A stretch of DNA of 20,483 nucleotides from Candidatus Poribacteria bacterium (GTDB lineage: Bacteria; Poribacteria; WGA-4E; UBA9662): the NCBI GenBank assembly GCA_036339735.1, contig JAYZAL010000028.1, forward strand, positions 1-20,483. The letters run 5' to 3'. The notes below the pieces were generated by a model. It worked only from the letters and a program-made list of their open reading frames with translations, searched no databases and had not been told where the DNA came from. Of the stretch, positions 1 to 8,055 are shown in pieces (the first letter of the stretch is position 1; each line of letters starts with the position of its first letter). Position numbers and translations under genes: made by a program.

Positions 1-3000
1 CGTCTGACACCAAAAGGTCGATTTCGGCTTTTGGTGGTGTATTATCTGCTATAATTCGTCTCTTCACCACGACCTGGTCATTTGTAAAATCCTCCACTAT
101 TAACTTCAAAGTGTACTGACCTTCTAATCCCGTAGCATCCCAGTTAAAAAGAACATCTGACTGGCGAGCAGTTTCGCTTCGAGTTAAAACTTGCCAGTTG
201 GTCGGCGTAACTCCTATACCTAGCTCCAGTTGATAGCTACTGAAGTTTTTGTCATTAGCAGTTCCAATAATGGCCAACCGGCCATTGACATATTGATCTT
301 GGCTAGGAATTAATAGTTCTGCTTTCGCTTGTTGGTTATCCAAGATTAGTTGCGTCTGATGTTCACTACTCAAGCCTGCCCGGTCAATTACTGTCAATCG
401 AAGAGTATACTCATCATCATCAAGACGACTAGTATCCCATTTATTTAACAAACCGTTCTGTACAAAACTGGTCGAAGCTGTTGCTATAGGTTGCCAGTCA
501 TCAGGATTAAATCCTAATCCATATTCGAGCCAGTAAGATTCGAAGTTTTGATCGGAGGCCGTACCTTCAATACTAACCAGACCACTGACAATCCATAGCT
601 CGTTGATAATTTTTTCGGGTGTTTGGATCATGGCAATTGGGTGGCTATTATCAACTTTTATTGATAGAAAAATCTGTGATTCATACCCATTACTGTCTAC
701 GCCACTAAGCCGTAGACGGTAGTTTCCATCTGGTACTAATGTCGTATCCCAAGTTCCTAGCTCACCAAAATTAACTACTGTAGTTTGAGAGGTAATGGTG
801 GTCCATTTGCCCAAATTTTTCTGCTCTTCAATATCTATTTTATAGTTGGTTAGGGTGGAATCGCTAGCCGTACCTTGAATCCTAACTAAGCCAGAAAGAA
901 CGGAATCGGCCGTTGGATTAGTGATTTGAACTGTGGGTTTGGCTTCTAGATTGTCTAAATCTATGGAAATTTCAGTTGTTTGCCAATTTCCGGCGTGGTC
1001 TAAGACCGATAGGCGTAATAGAGCGAGGCCAAAAACATCTGTACTATTCCAAGTCTCAATAATTTGAGCTGTATTAGCTGACAACAAATTTGAAGAAGTT
1101 GAAATGGATTTCCATTTACTCTTTGAAGTCAGAGGGAAATCTTGGGTGTATTTCAATTGGTATTGTTTTAAGTTCAGGTCACTCACATCAGCAATAATTT
1201 TTATATTACCACTCAATTTTTGACCATCTGCAGGTTCTTTCAAAGAAATAACTGGCTGGGTATTATCCAGAATGACGTTAACTTGACGAATTGTTCTATG
1301 TCCCAGTTGATCGATAGCTTCTATCAGCATCTTGTAATTTCCATCAGGCAAGGATAAGGTGTTCCAATTTCCCAAGACAGAAGAAATCTGAGGCTGATCA
1401 CCAGTCTCAATCAGTTGAAACAAGTTGGTTCTTTCAATTCCTTGACCGCCCGGAGTACCTTTTGCATTATGAGGTCCATCCAGACGAGGCGGGGGTTGAG
1501 GTGCGCTCTCATTTTTGTCCTTCATGTCAGGAAGACTTGGTGGTGAAAGGTATCCTATGTGAAACTGAGACAAATCATTATCCAGTATAGATCCACGAAT
1601 GGCTAATTCTCCTCCTACTATCTGGTTAGAAATAGGATTAGTGACCAGCACAATTGGCCGAACAGTATCAACTGAAAAATCGAAGTTAACAACCCTACTA
1701 ACATTACCGTCATAGTCAATCGCCCTTACCGAGAATCTATGCTCACCATCTTCTAAGACAGGTGTAGTTATTTTCTGGGTGAGTTCTGTCTGCTGAATTA
1801 TGCCGTCAGGACTGAGTGTTTTATCATAAGAACTAAAAAGATTATGTACCCATTTTTGGTCATCGATTTTATATTGATACCTCATGTGTTCATTTCTAGT
1901 TTCTATATCATCCGCAGCCCACTGAAATGTCACCACCGGCCGTCCCGTTAAATAGTTATCAACGGGTGGCTGATTGTCAACTGACAAAATTTTGACAGTT
2001 GGTAGATTAGAATCTGGTGCATATTGAGCTAACCCACCTAACCCCCCAAACCAAAGGATACCGTCCGAGGTTTGGTATATTGTTGAAACACCATTATTAG
2101 GTATTCCAAGCGATTGGTTGTATGCCAACAAATCATAATTGAACCATAATTCATCATCATCACGACCCGTTTTACGCCAGATAGTACCCATCATCTCGCC
2201 AATCCATAAAACACCATCTGCATCCTCAAATATAGCAGAAACACCCCCTGTGACATGTATTTCCTTGGACCATTCTATCTCACCACTTTTTTTTCGCCAG
2301 AGGCCAAATTCTGCTCCTAGCCAAATCGACCCGTCTTGGGTTTCGTAAATAGTCATGGCCCAACCAATATCTTCAATAACCAATTCCCAGCCTGTCCCAT
2401 CTTGTCGCCAAAGTCCACTTTCTCCATGGTTATTATCCACTGCCACCCAAAGTTTTCCGTCTTTACTTTCATACATAATGGGAGTTTCGCCAGGCAAGTC
2501 GGGAATTATTCGCCAACCTATTCCGTCTTGGTACCAGAGCCCTTCACCCGTCCCCAACCATAGTGTATTATCCTTAGTTTCATAGATAAACTCTATCCAA
2601 CTGTTTACTTCATGAACTATTTGCCAGCCATTACCATCTCGACGTAAAAGTCTTGAAATATCTTTATCTGTCAGTTCTTCCCAAGTAGTTGTTGTCAGCC
2701 AAAGGGTACCGTCTTCGGTTTCATGAAAAGCAGAAAATTCATCGTCACTACTAGAAAGCTCAAGAACCATTTGCCAACCATTACCGTCCTGACGCCAGAG
2801 GCCATTTTTATCGAAATTGTCTTCCTGCTTTTTGAATGTTCCGGTATTGGCTACCACCCAGAGATTGCCATCTTTGGTTTCATAGATACCTTTGCTAAAA
2901 TTATCAAACTTCTTAATAGTCTGTTGCTGCCAACTGCCTCCCTTCTGATACCAGATTCCATTTTGAGCTTCCACCCACAAAGTTCCATCTTGACTTTCAA

Positions 3001-3994
3001 AGAACGTATCCCTTGGCATGATTGGTCCGATTTCAACTTGAGCTTTTTTCCATCCTAAGTTAACCTGGCGCCAAAGGCCATTAAACGTGCCCACCCACAA
3101 AGTTCCATCTCGACTCTCTTTCATAGCACTGACTATAGAAGATGGCCCAGAGTCAGACAATGGCAACCAGCTATTATTGACCTGATGCCAGACACCAGTC
3201 ATAGTTCCTAACAGTAGATCCTTATCTGCTGTTTCATAGATACTAAGTACCCAGCCGATGTCATTAGAAACTAATTGCCAGCTATTTTGCTTCAATAACC
3301 AAAGCCCAGTCTCAGTTCCTAACCACAACCGATTATCACTAGTTGTATACATAGTACGTGCCCAGCCAAACTCCTCGGGATATTGTTGCCAAATATTGCC
3401 CTCATTATCTTCATGCATAAACCCATCTGGATGGACATATCTCGTAGTACTGTCTGCTCTCGAAACTGACGGCGGTAATCGGTAAGCGAGGAACTCCCCT
3501 TCTGCGATCATCCAAAAAGTTCCGTCTTCGCTTTCACCCAGCCCCGTAAACCACCAATCGTTTTCTTCCTCGTCTTCAACAATGACCTTCCATCTATTTC
3601 CATCTCGACGTAGCAGTCCAAGTTGACTTCCTACCCAAAGTCCTTCTTCATTTTCATAGATCGCAGATACTCCACCGTAGTTGAAGCCTTCGGGTTGCTG
3701 CCAACTGTCTCCTTGTTGGTACCAGAGGCCATCTTCATCCCCTACCCAAAGAGTACCGCTTTCGCCTTGATAAATAGCACCGACCTCACCAAACCCATCA
3801 ATGCGACGCCAAATCTCTTGATCCTTTTGCCATAGGCCATTTCTAGTTGCTAACCAGAGAATACCAGAATTATCTAGGTACATGGCTTCAATATCTAGAT
3901 CTTCAAGGACCAGCCTCCAATCATATTGGTCTTGTGTATATCCCGTTCCGCTGACTGCCGATATCAACAAAAATAAAAAAATTAGTATCTTCAA
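1..3994 (-). CDS. Large secreted protein (partial, 3' end beyond window): signal peptide, two-component-regulator-type beta-propeller, Y_Y_Y-like domain and at least 5 tandem ~100-aa Ig-like repeats
   Basis: Translated by hand at both ends and through the repeat region, all in one frame; absent from the ORF track, consistent with no stop inside the window. Begins TTG at 3994 as MKILIFLFLLISAVSGTGYTQ (alternative TTGs at 4018 and 4039; in-frame TAA at 4061-4063). Blades such as IEAMYLDNSGILWLATRNGLW and AIYQGESGTLWVGDEDGLW. YQYKIDDQKW...LEDGEHRFSVRAIDYDGN is Y_Y_Y-like. Repeats begin D-N/T-x-x-P/A at 1669, 1267, 955, 652, 340 and 46. Confidence 0.9.
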   Translation of the reverse strand, partial: MKILIFLFLLISAVSGTGYTQDQYDWRLVLEDLDIEAMYLDNSGILWLATRNGLWQKDQEIWRRIDGFGEVGAIYQGESGTLWVGDEDGLWYQQGDSWQQPEGFNYGGVSAIYENEEGLWVGSQLGLLRRDGNRWKVIVEDEEENDWWFTGLGESEDGTFWMIAEGEFLAYRLPPSVSRADSTTRYVHPDGFMHEDNEGNIWQQYPEEFGWARTMYTTSDNRLWLGTETGLWLLKQNSWQLVSNDIGWVLSIYETADKDLLLGTMTGVWHQVNNSWLPLSDSGPSSIVSAMKESRDGTLWVGTFNGLWRQVNLGWKKAQVEIGPIMPRDTFFESQDGTLWVEAQNGIWYQKGGSWQQQTIKKFDNFSKGIYETKDGNLWVVANTGTFKKQEDNFDKNGLWRQDGNGWQMVLELSSSDDEFSAFHETEDGTLWLTTTTWEELTDKDISRLLRRDGNGWQIVHEVNSWIEFIYETKDNTLWLGTGEGLWYQDGIGWRIIPDLPGETPIMYESKDGKLWVAVDNNHGESGLWRQDGTGWELVIEDIGWAMTIYETQDGSIWLGAEFGLWRKKSGEIEWSKEIHVTGGVSAIFEDADGVLWIGEMMGTIWRKTGRDDDELWFNYDLLAYNQSLGIPNNGVSTIYQTSDGILWFGGLGGLAQYAPDSNLPTVKILSVDNQPPVDNYLTGRPVVTFQWAADDIETRNEHMRYQYKIDDQKWVHNLFSSYDKTLSPDGIIQQTELTQKITTPVLEDGEHRFSVRAIDYDGNVSRVVNFDFSVDTVRPIVLVTNPISNQIVGGELAIRGSILDNDLSQFHIGYLSPPSLPDMKDKNESAPQPPPRLDGPHNAKGTPGGQGIERTNLFQLIETGDQPQISSVLGNWNTLSLPDGNYKMLIEAIDQLGHRTIRQVNVILDNTQPVISLKEPADGQKLSGNIKIIADVSDLNLKQYQLKYTQDFPLTSKSKWKSISTSSNLLSANTAQIIETWNSTDVFGLALLRLSVLDHAGNWQTTEISIDLDNLEAKPTVQITNPTADSVLSGLVRIQGTASDSTLTNYKIDIEEQKNLGKWTTITSQTTVVNFGELGTWDTTLVPDGNYRLRLSGVDSNGYESQIFLSIKVDNSHPIAMIQTPEKIINELWIVSGLVSIEGTASDQNFESYWLEYGLGFNPDDWQPIATASTSFVQNGLLNKWDTSRLDDDEYTLRLTVIDRAGLSSEHQTQLILDNQQAKAELLIPSQDQYVNGRLAIIGTANDKNFSSYQLELGIGVTPTNWQVLTRSETARQSDVLFNWDATGLEGQYTLKLIVEDFTNDQVVVKRRIIADNTPPKAEIDLLVSD
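2971..3110. repeat. Exact 20-nt direct repeat (ccacccacaaagttccatct) 120 nt apart, encoding the DGTLWV motif of adjacent propeller blades
   Basis: Identical at 2971-2990 and 3091-3110. The spacing equals 40 codons, one blade. Confidence 0.85.
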
Positions 3995-4609
3995 CTTTTG
4001 ACCCGAGTACGACTCCAAATGAATATCTTGATAAAACAAACCGATTTTCTCAGTATGGTTTTAGATTCAAACTATGACAAGCAAGCATAATAACAGATAT
4101 CTATATACGGAGATAAAATGATCTTGATAGGGTTCAACGACCTACACTTTTTTACGCCTGATAATTTATTTACCATCATCAGGGACATTATAAAATCAAC
4201 TTGAAAACTAAAGGAATAAAATACGTTTTTACTTCTCCAGCTCCATGCGAGATATCACTGTGTGTCAAACTATGCTAAGTAATTCCAAAAATAAAAGAAG
4301 GAAATGGACGACCAACAACGAATAAACTACCACAATACCACAGTTATATGCGAAAAATTTGCTGTGATTTTTCTTCAAAAATAAACTCTTTGGCATTCTT
4401 CTTAAAACAGCGTTATCGTCTTCTTTCGTATTTAACTAATTATTCTCTTTGGGCACCATCTCACTGAATACAAGTTCCAAATAGTATTAATTCTACTTTT
4501 AATCTTTATCTCTGTTTACCTTAATAAAATATGGCAAGGAGAAACTAATCTACGAATACAGATAAAATTCGGCTGACAAACCGAAACTTTTTAATCCTGA
4601 CACTTCACC

Positions 4610-4638
4610 TTTACAATTAATAAAATCGTTGTTATATT
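4610..4638 (+). promoter_or_regulatory. Putative sigma70 promoter of the LamG gene
   Basis: TTTACA (4610-4615), 17-nt spacer ending TGT, TATATT (4633-4638), i.e. an extended -10. SD-like GAGAGG at 4695-4700 precedes the TTG at 4711. Confidence 0.6.
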
Positions 4639-4710
4639 CTGCTGGACTTCATGCACGAAAAGCACATCTTATATTGATCAATCACTGACTTCTAGAGAGG
4701 TATAAAAATT

Positions 4711-5490
4711 TTGAAAATAATTTATAAAATGCTAGCCGTATCGTTTTTCACTTTACTAATTAATTTACCGAGTTTCTCAGTCGATAAAAAAGACGTGATT
4801 GGTGCTTGGCTTTTCGATGAAGGAAAAGGTGATGTCGCTAAAGATAGTTCAGGAAATAAAAACGATGGGAAATTAATTGCCAGCCCAGAATGGGTAAAAA
4901 ACGGCAAATTTGGTGGATGTCTTCAGTATACTGCAGCTAAGCTTCATAATGTGCGAGTTCCTGTGACACATAGCGACTCGTTAACAGTTGCCATGTGGGC
5001 TAATTATGAAAATTTAGCTTCTAACAACATCGGTCTTATTCACATTCAGGCCGGCGAGCTAGATGGTGGAAACCCTGATACCAAAATCGTAGGAATGTGG
5101 GTAGAAAACTCATCAACACTCTGGGGGCGGATCATTCCGTCTGGGGCAGGGAAAGTTAACTTCCCTAAGAACGAGAAGCTCAAAGCTGATACTTGGTACC
5201 ACATATCTATGGTGATTGACTCTGAAAAAAAGAAAGCAACTCAGTATGTTAATGCCAAATCGGTTGGAGAAGTTGAATATAAAGGTGGAAAATTAACCAA
5301 GTTCGACTTTGCAAACATCGGTCGTCAAGGAAGCGAAAGTTGGGACGGGCTACTAGACGAAGTTATCATTTTCAACAAGGCGGTGAGCACTGACGAATTA
5401 AAGACAGTAATGAAAGGAATTGAACAAAATGTATTATTAGTCGAGGCCACTGACAAACTGGCTATCACTTGGGCTAAAGTGAAACAGTAA
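4711..5490 (+). CDS. Secreted LamG-like jellyroll (concanavalin A-like lectin/glucanase) domain protein
   Basis: Signal peptide. LamG motifs AWLFDEGKGDVAKDSSGNKNDG, W..GKFGGCL, WYHI and WDGLLDEVIIFNKA. C-terminal VEATDKLAITWAKVKQ tail. Confidence 0.9.
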   Translation: MKIIYKMLAVSFFTLLINLPSFSVDKKDVIGAWLFDEGKGDVAKDSSGNKNDGKLIASPEWVKNGKFGGCLQYTAAKLHNVRVPVTHSDSLTVAMWANYENLASNNIGLIHIQAGELDGGNPDTKIVGMWVENSSTLWGRIIPSGAGKVNFPKNEKLKADTWYHISMVIDSEKKKATQYVNAKSVGEVEYKGGKLTKFDFANIGRQGSESWDGLLDEVIIFNKAVSTDELKTVMKGIEQNVLLVEATDKLAITWAKVKQ

Positions 5491-5526
5491 AAATGTCGAA
5501 TTAGGAAACCTTCTTCATATTTACTC

Positions 5527-5577
5527 AAAGTGAAAGTTAGTAGTCGATTGATACCAGCTTTCACTTTTTTCCCTTTT
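5527..5577 (+). terminator. Probable intrinsic terminator after the LamG gene
   Basis: AAAGTGAAAGTTAGTA (5527-5542) pairs with TACCAGCTTTCACTTT (5552-5567), with one G-U and one mismatch. It runs into a T tract. Confidence 0.65.
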
Positions 5578-5673
5578 CTGATTTATCCGTCAAAAATTTT
5601 TAGGTCAAATTCCCAAATATTTAGATGTCAAGTACTTAAGTCTAAAGTGGACGTCTTCTGATGAGGTCGAAAT

Positions 5674-6429
5674 ATGATTCCAATTGCATTACAACTCTAT
5701 ACCGTTCGAGACGATCTAGTTCAGGATCCAGTCCGGACTATTGAAACTGTGGCTGAGATTGGCTACCAAGGTGTTGAAGGTGGAACACCAACCGGAATGT
5801 CTAACAAAGATTATCTTTCGTTGTTGAATGATAATAACTTAACTCTGATCGGTAGTGGTACTTCTACTACTGGATTGAGAGATAACTTGCCGCAAACTGT
5901 TGAAAACTGTGCGGAACTCGGTATTAATACACTGATGTGTGGTATTGGTGGAGAATTGCGCCAGAACGATGGCGACTGGAAAAGAGTTGTAGCTGAACTG
6001 GCCGAAGGCTGTGCCAAAGCATCAGAAGCTGGACTTCGTATCTTGTATCACAATCACGCCTTTGAATTTGAGGACAAAGTGGATGGTCAATATGGTCTTG
6101 ACTACCTATTTGACACGATTCCCGAGGTAGATATACAAGCTGAATTAGATACCTATTGGATAAAAGCTGGAGGTGAGGACCCAGTGGCCTATATTAACAA
6201 ATATGCAGGTCGTCTACCGCGTCTACACATTAAGGATCAGGCTCCGGCAAACGAAGAATGTCCATTTGCTGAGATTGGACATGGTATCTTAAGTTGGGAC
6301 GAAATATTTTCCGCTGCATCTTTAGCAGGTATTGAATGGTATGTAGTTGAACAGGATCGTTGTATTCGTTCACCGCTGGAATCAGCCCATATGAGCTTAG
6401 AGTACCTTCGTTCTCGTGGCATGACCTGA
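5674..6429 (+). CDS. Sugar phosphate isomerase/epimerase (AP_endonuc_2 / xylose-isomerase-like TIM barrel)
   Basis: IALQLYTVR start, GYQGVE, YHNHAFEF, ELDTYW, HIKD and VEQD metal-binding motifs. GAGG SD upstream. Confidence 0.9.
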   Translation: MIPIALQLYTVRDDLVQDPVRTIETVAEIGYQGVEGGTPTGMSNKDYLSLLNDNNLTLIGSGTSTTGLRDNLPQTVENCAELGINTLMCGIGGELRQNDGDWKRVVAELAEGCAKASEAGLRILYHNHAFEFEDKVDGQYGLDYLFDTIPEVDIQAELDTYWIKAGGEDPVAYINKYAGRLPRLHIKDQAPANEECPFAEIGHGILSWDEIFSAASLAGIEWYVVEQDRCIRSPLESAHMSLEYLRSRGMT

Positions 6430-6441
6430 TAAAACTGACAG

Positions 6442-7446
6442 ATGGCGATGTCCTCAATCCCAAAATACGGCCACCGGCTACTAGTCCAGCCTAACAATAG
6501 AGTTGAAATTGCCAACTTTGAGATTGAATATCCTTCCAGACAGCAAGTATTAGTCCAGACGCATTCTACTCTGATTAGCGCTGGAACTGAACTGGGTACC
6601 CAAGAGCAAGAACGCAAACAACCTTTTATTCCTGGATACTCAAATGTAGGGACTATTCTGGCCCTAGGCGACGGTATTGATGGCTATCAAGTCGGTGATC
6701 GAGTCTTATCACTAGGCCAACATGCTAGTCATGTCAATGTTCCTGCTGTTCCACAATATCTAGTAAAACTACCAGATAAGGTTTCTTTCGAAGCTGGCTC
6801 TTTCGGTGTGTTGGGTAGTGTATCTATACATGGCGTTCGAAAAGCGAAGCTTGAGTTTGGTGAACATTTAATGGTTACCGGTATGGGCGTAGTTGGCCAA
6901 CTAGCGCTGCAGTTAGCTAAGTTGACAGGTTGCGATCAATCCATAGCTGTTGACCTAATAGACCAGCGGCTGGAAAAAGCCATCATGTCGGGGGCTACCT
7001 CTATCCTAAACCCAACTATCTCTGATCTTAACAATCACGTTGAGCAGTTGACCGAAGGTCGAGGATTAGATGTAGTAATCGAGGCTTCCGGATACCCAGA
7101 TGTACTCCCTAAACTGTTTGATATGATGCGGATCGGAGGGCGCATCATACTACTAGGATCGATATGGCATCGAAAGGTGGAACTAGACCTTATGTCATTT
7201 CATGAAAAAGAACTGATCATGATCGGTGCTCACCAACCCAAATGCCCTACCACGCCAACAGCAGTTTTCCCTTGGACTCAACAATACAACCGAGCGCAGA
7301 TCTTAAAATACATTTGTCAGGGCACACTGAATGTCAACCACTTAATATCACATCAACTTCCCTATACTGAAGCCGAAACTGCTTACCATTTATTACGTAC
7401 CCAGCGCGATCAATCGATGGGCATCATTCTAAAATGGAGAACTTAG
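6442..7446 (+). CDS. Medium-chain dehydrogenase/reductase (zinc-binding alcohol dehydrogenase superfamily, ISAGTE subgroup)
   Basis: STLISAGTE, PGYSNVG, VGDRV, Rossmann GMGVVG and GLDVVIEASG. Starts 12 nt after the isomerase stop, so probably an operon. Confidence 0.88.
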   Translation: MAMSSIPKYGHRLLVQPNNRVEIANFEIEYPSRQQVLVQTHSTLISAGTELGTQEQERKQPFIPGYSNVGTILALGDGIDGYQVGDRVLSLGQHASHVNVPAVPQYLVKLPDKVSFEAGSFGVLGSVSIHGVRKAKLEFGEHLMVTGMGVVGQLALQLAKLTGCDQSIAVDLIDQRLEKAIMSGATSILNPTISDLNNHVEQLTEGRGLDVVIEASGYPDVLPKLFDMMRIGGRIILLGSIWHRKVELDLMSFHEKELIMIGAHQPKCPTTPTAVFPWTQQYNRAQILKYICQGTLNVNHLISHQLPYTEAETAYHLLRTQRDQSMGIILKWRT

Positions 7447-7514
7447 AATTGACAACAGAGAACTATGGATCGACAGTGAGAACTGCATTCAGTTTATTTT
7501 AGTGGTAAATTGAA

Positions 7515-7933
7515 CCACTTCAGTATAATTAACTTCCTTGTTTCAGTGTAATCACCAGCTCTTAACTGATAGAAGTAAGTCCCATTAGATGCAGTTTCAC
7601 TAATCTCGTTTTTACCTTTCCAGTAAGCTGATCGACTTGGATGTCCACAAATACCGTTCTCTTTCAGGCCAAGATTTACCGTATTTTTCCAGTAACAGAA
7701 TAAATATGGATGGAAACTATTCTGCTCTTCGACATTTGAAATGATACCTAGGTTCCAGGATTGAATGGATTTGGGCAGTTTTACCAAAGTTTGGTCTATT
7801 TAAGCCGTATCGTAGTCTAAATAACTTTCCATTGTTGTAACTAAACTTAGGTCTGAGATGAGAAAATAAATCTAGTCTTGAAATCAAAGATGTTGATTGG
7901 ACTATCGACCGCCACATCGACTACGTCGCTTCC
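7515..7933 (-). pseudogene. Decayed dockerin-like segment plus C-terminal FlgD-Ig/T9SS-like sorting domain
   Basis: Minus-strand pieces in shifting frames: DVAVDSPINIFDF; TKLW*NCPNPFNPGT*VSFQMSKSRIVSIHIYSVTGK (stops at 7781-7783 and 7748-7750); then a frameshift to NLGLKENG..HPSRSAYWKGKNEISETASNGTYFYQLRAGDYTETRKLIILK. Confidence 0.8.
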
Positions 7934-8055
7934 AACCGGTGATAAATCGTTTTTTACTTAACAAAACAAAAAGATTACTTCGTCTGTAACTATTTAAAGA
8001 TAAGTATCTGATCAAGGCAAGAGAGGTTCATGATTAGTTGGATACCTTAGAATCA

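Noticed and set aside
2971..3110. Direct repeats as a CRISPR array
   Set aside because: Only two 20-nt copies with a 100-nt gap, in frame within a CDS, and no cas genes.
2139..3835. Short track ORFs (2139, 2336, 2355, 2723, 3258, 3623 on +; 2851-3036 on -)
   Set aside because: They are antisense or off-frame shadows of the giant minus-strand gene, and their repetitiveness mirrors the propeller blades.
4020..4600. Possible small gene or fossil in the divergent spacer
   Set aside because: The frames I read are stop-rich with no recognisable motif.
7494..7917. Track ORFs 7494-7787 and 7717-7917 as real genes
   Set aside because: They are mixed-frame fragments of the dockerin/FlgD-Ig pseudogene.
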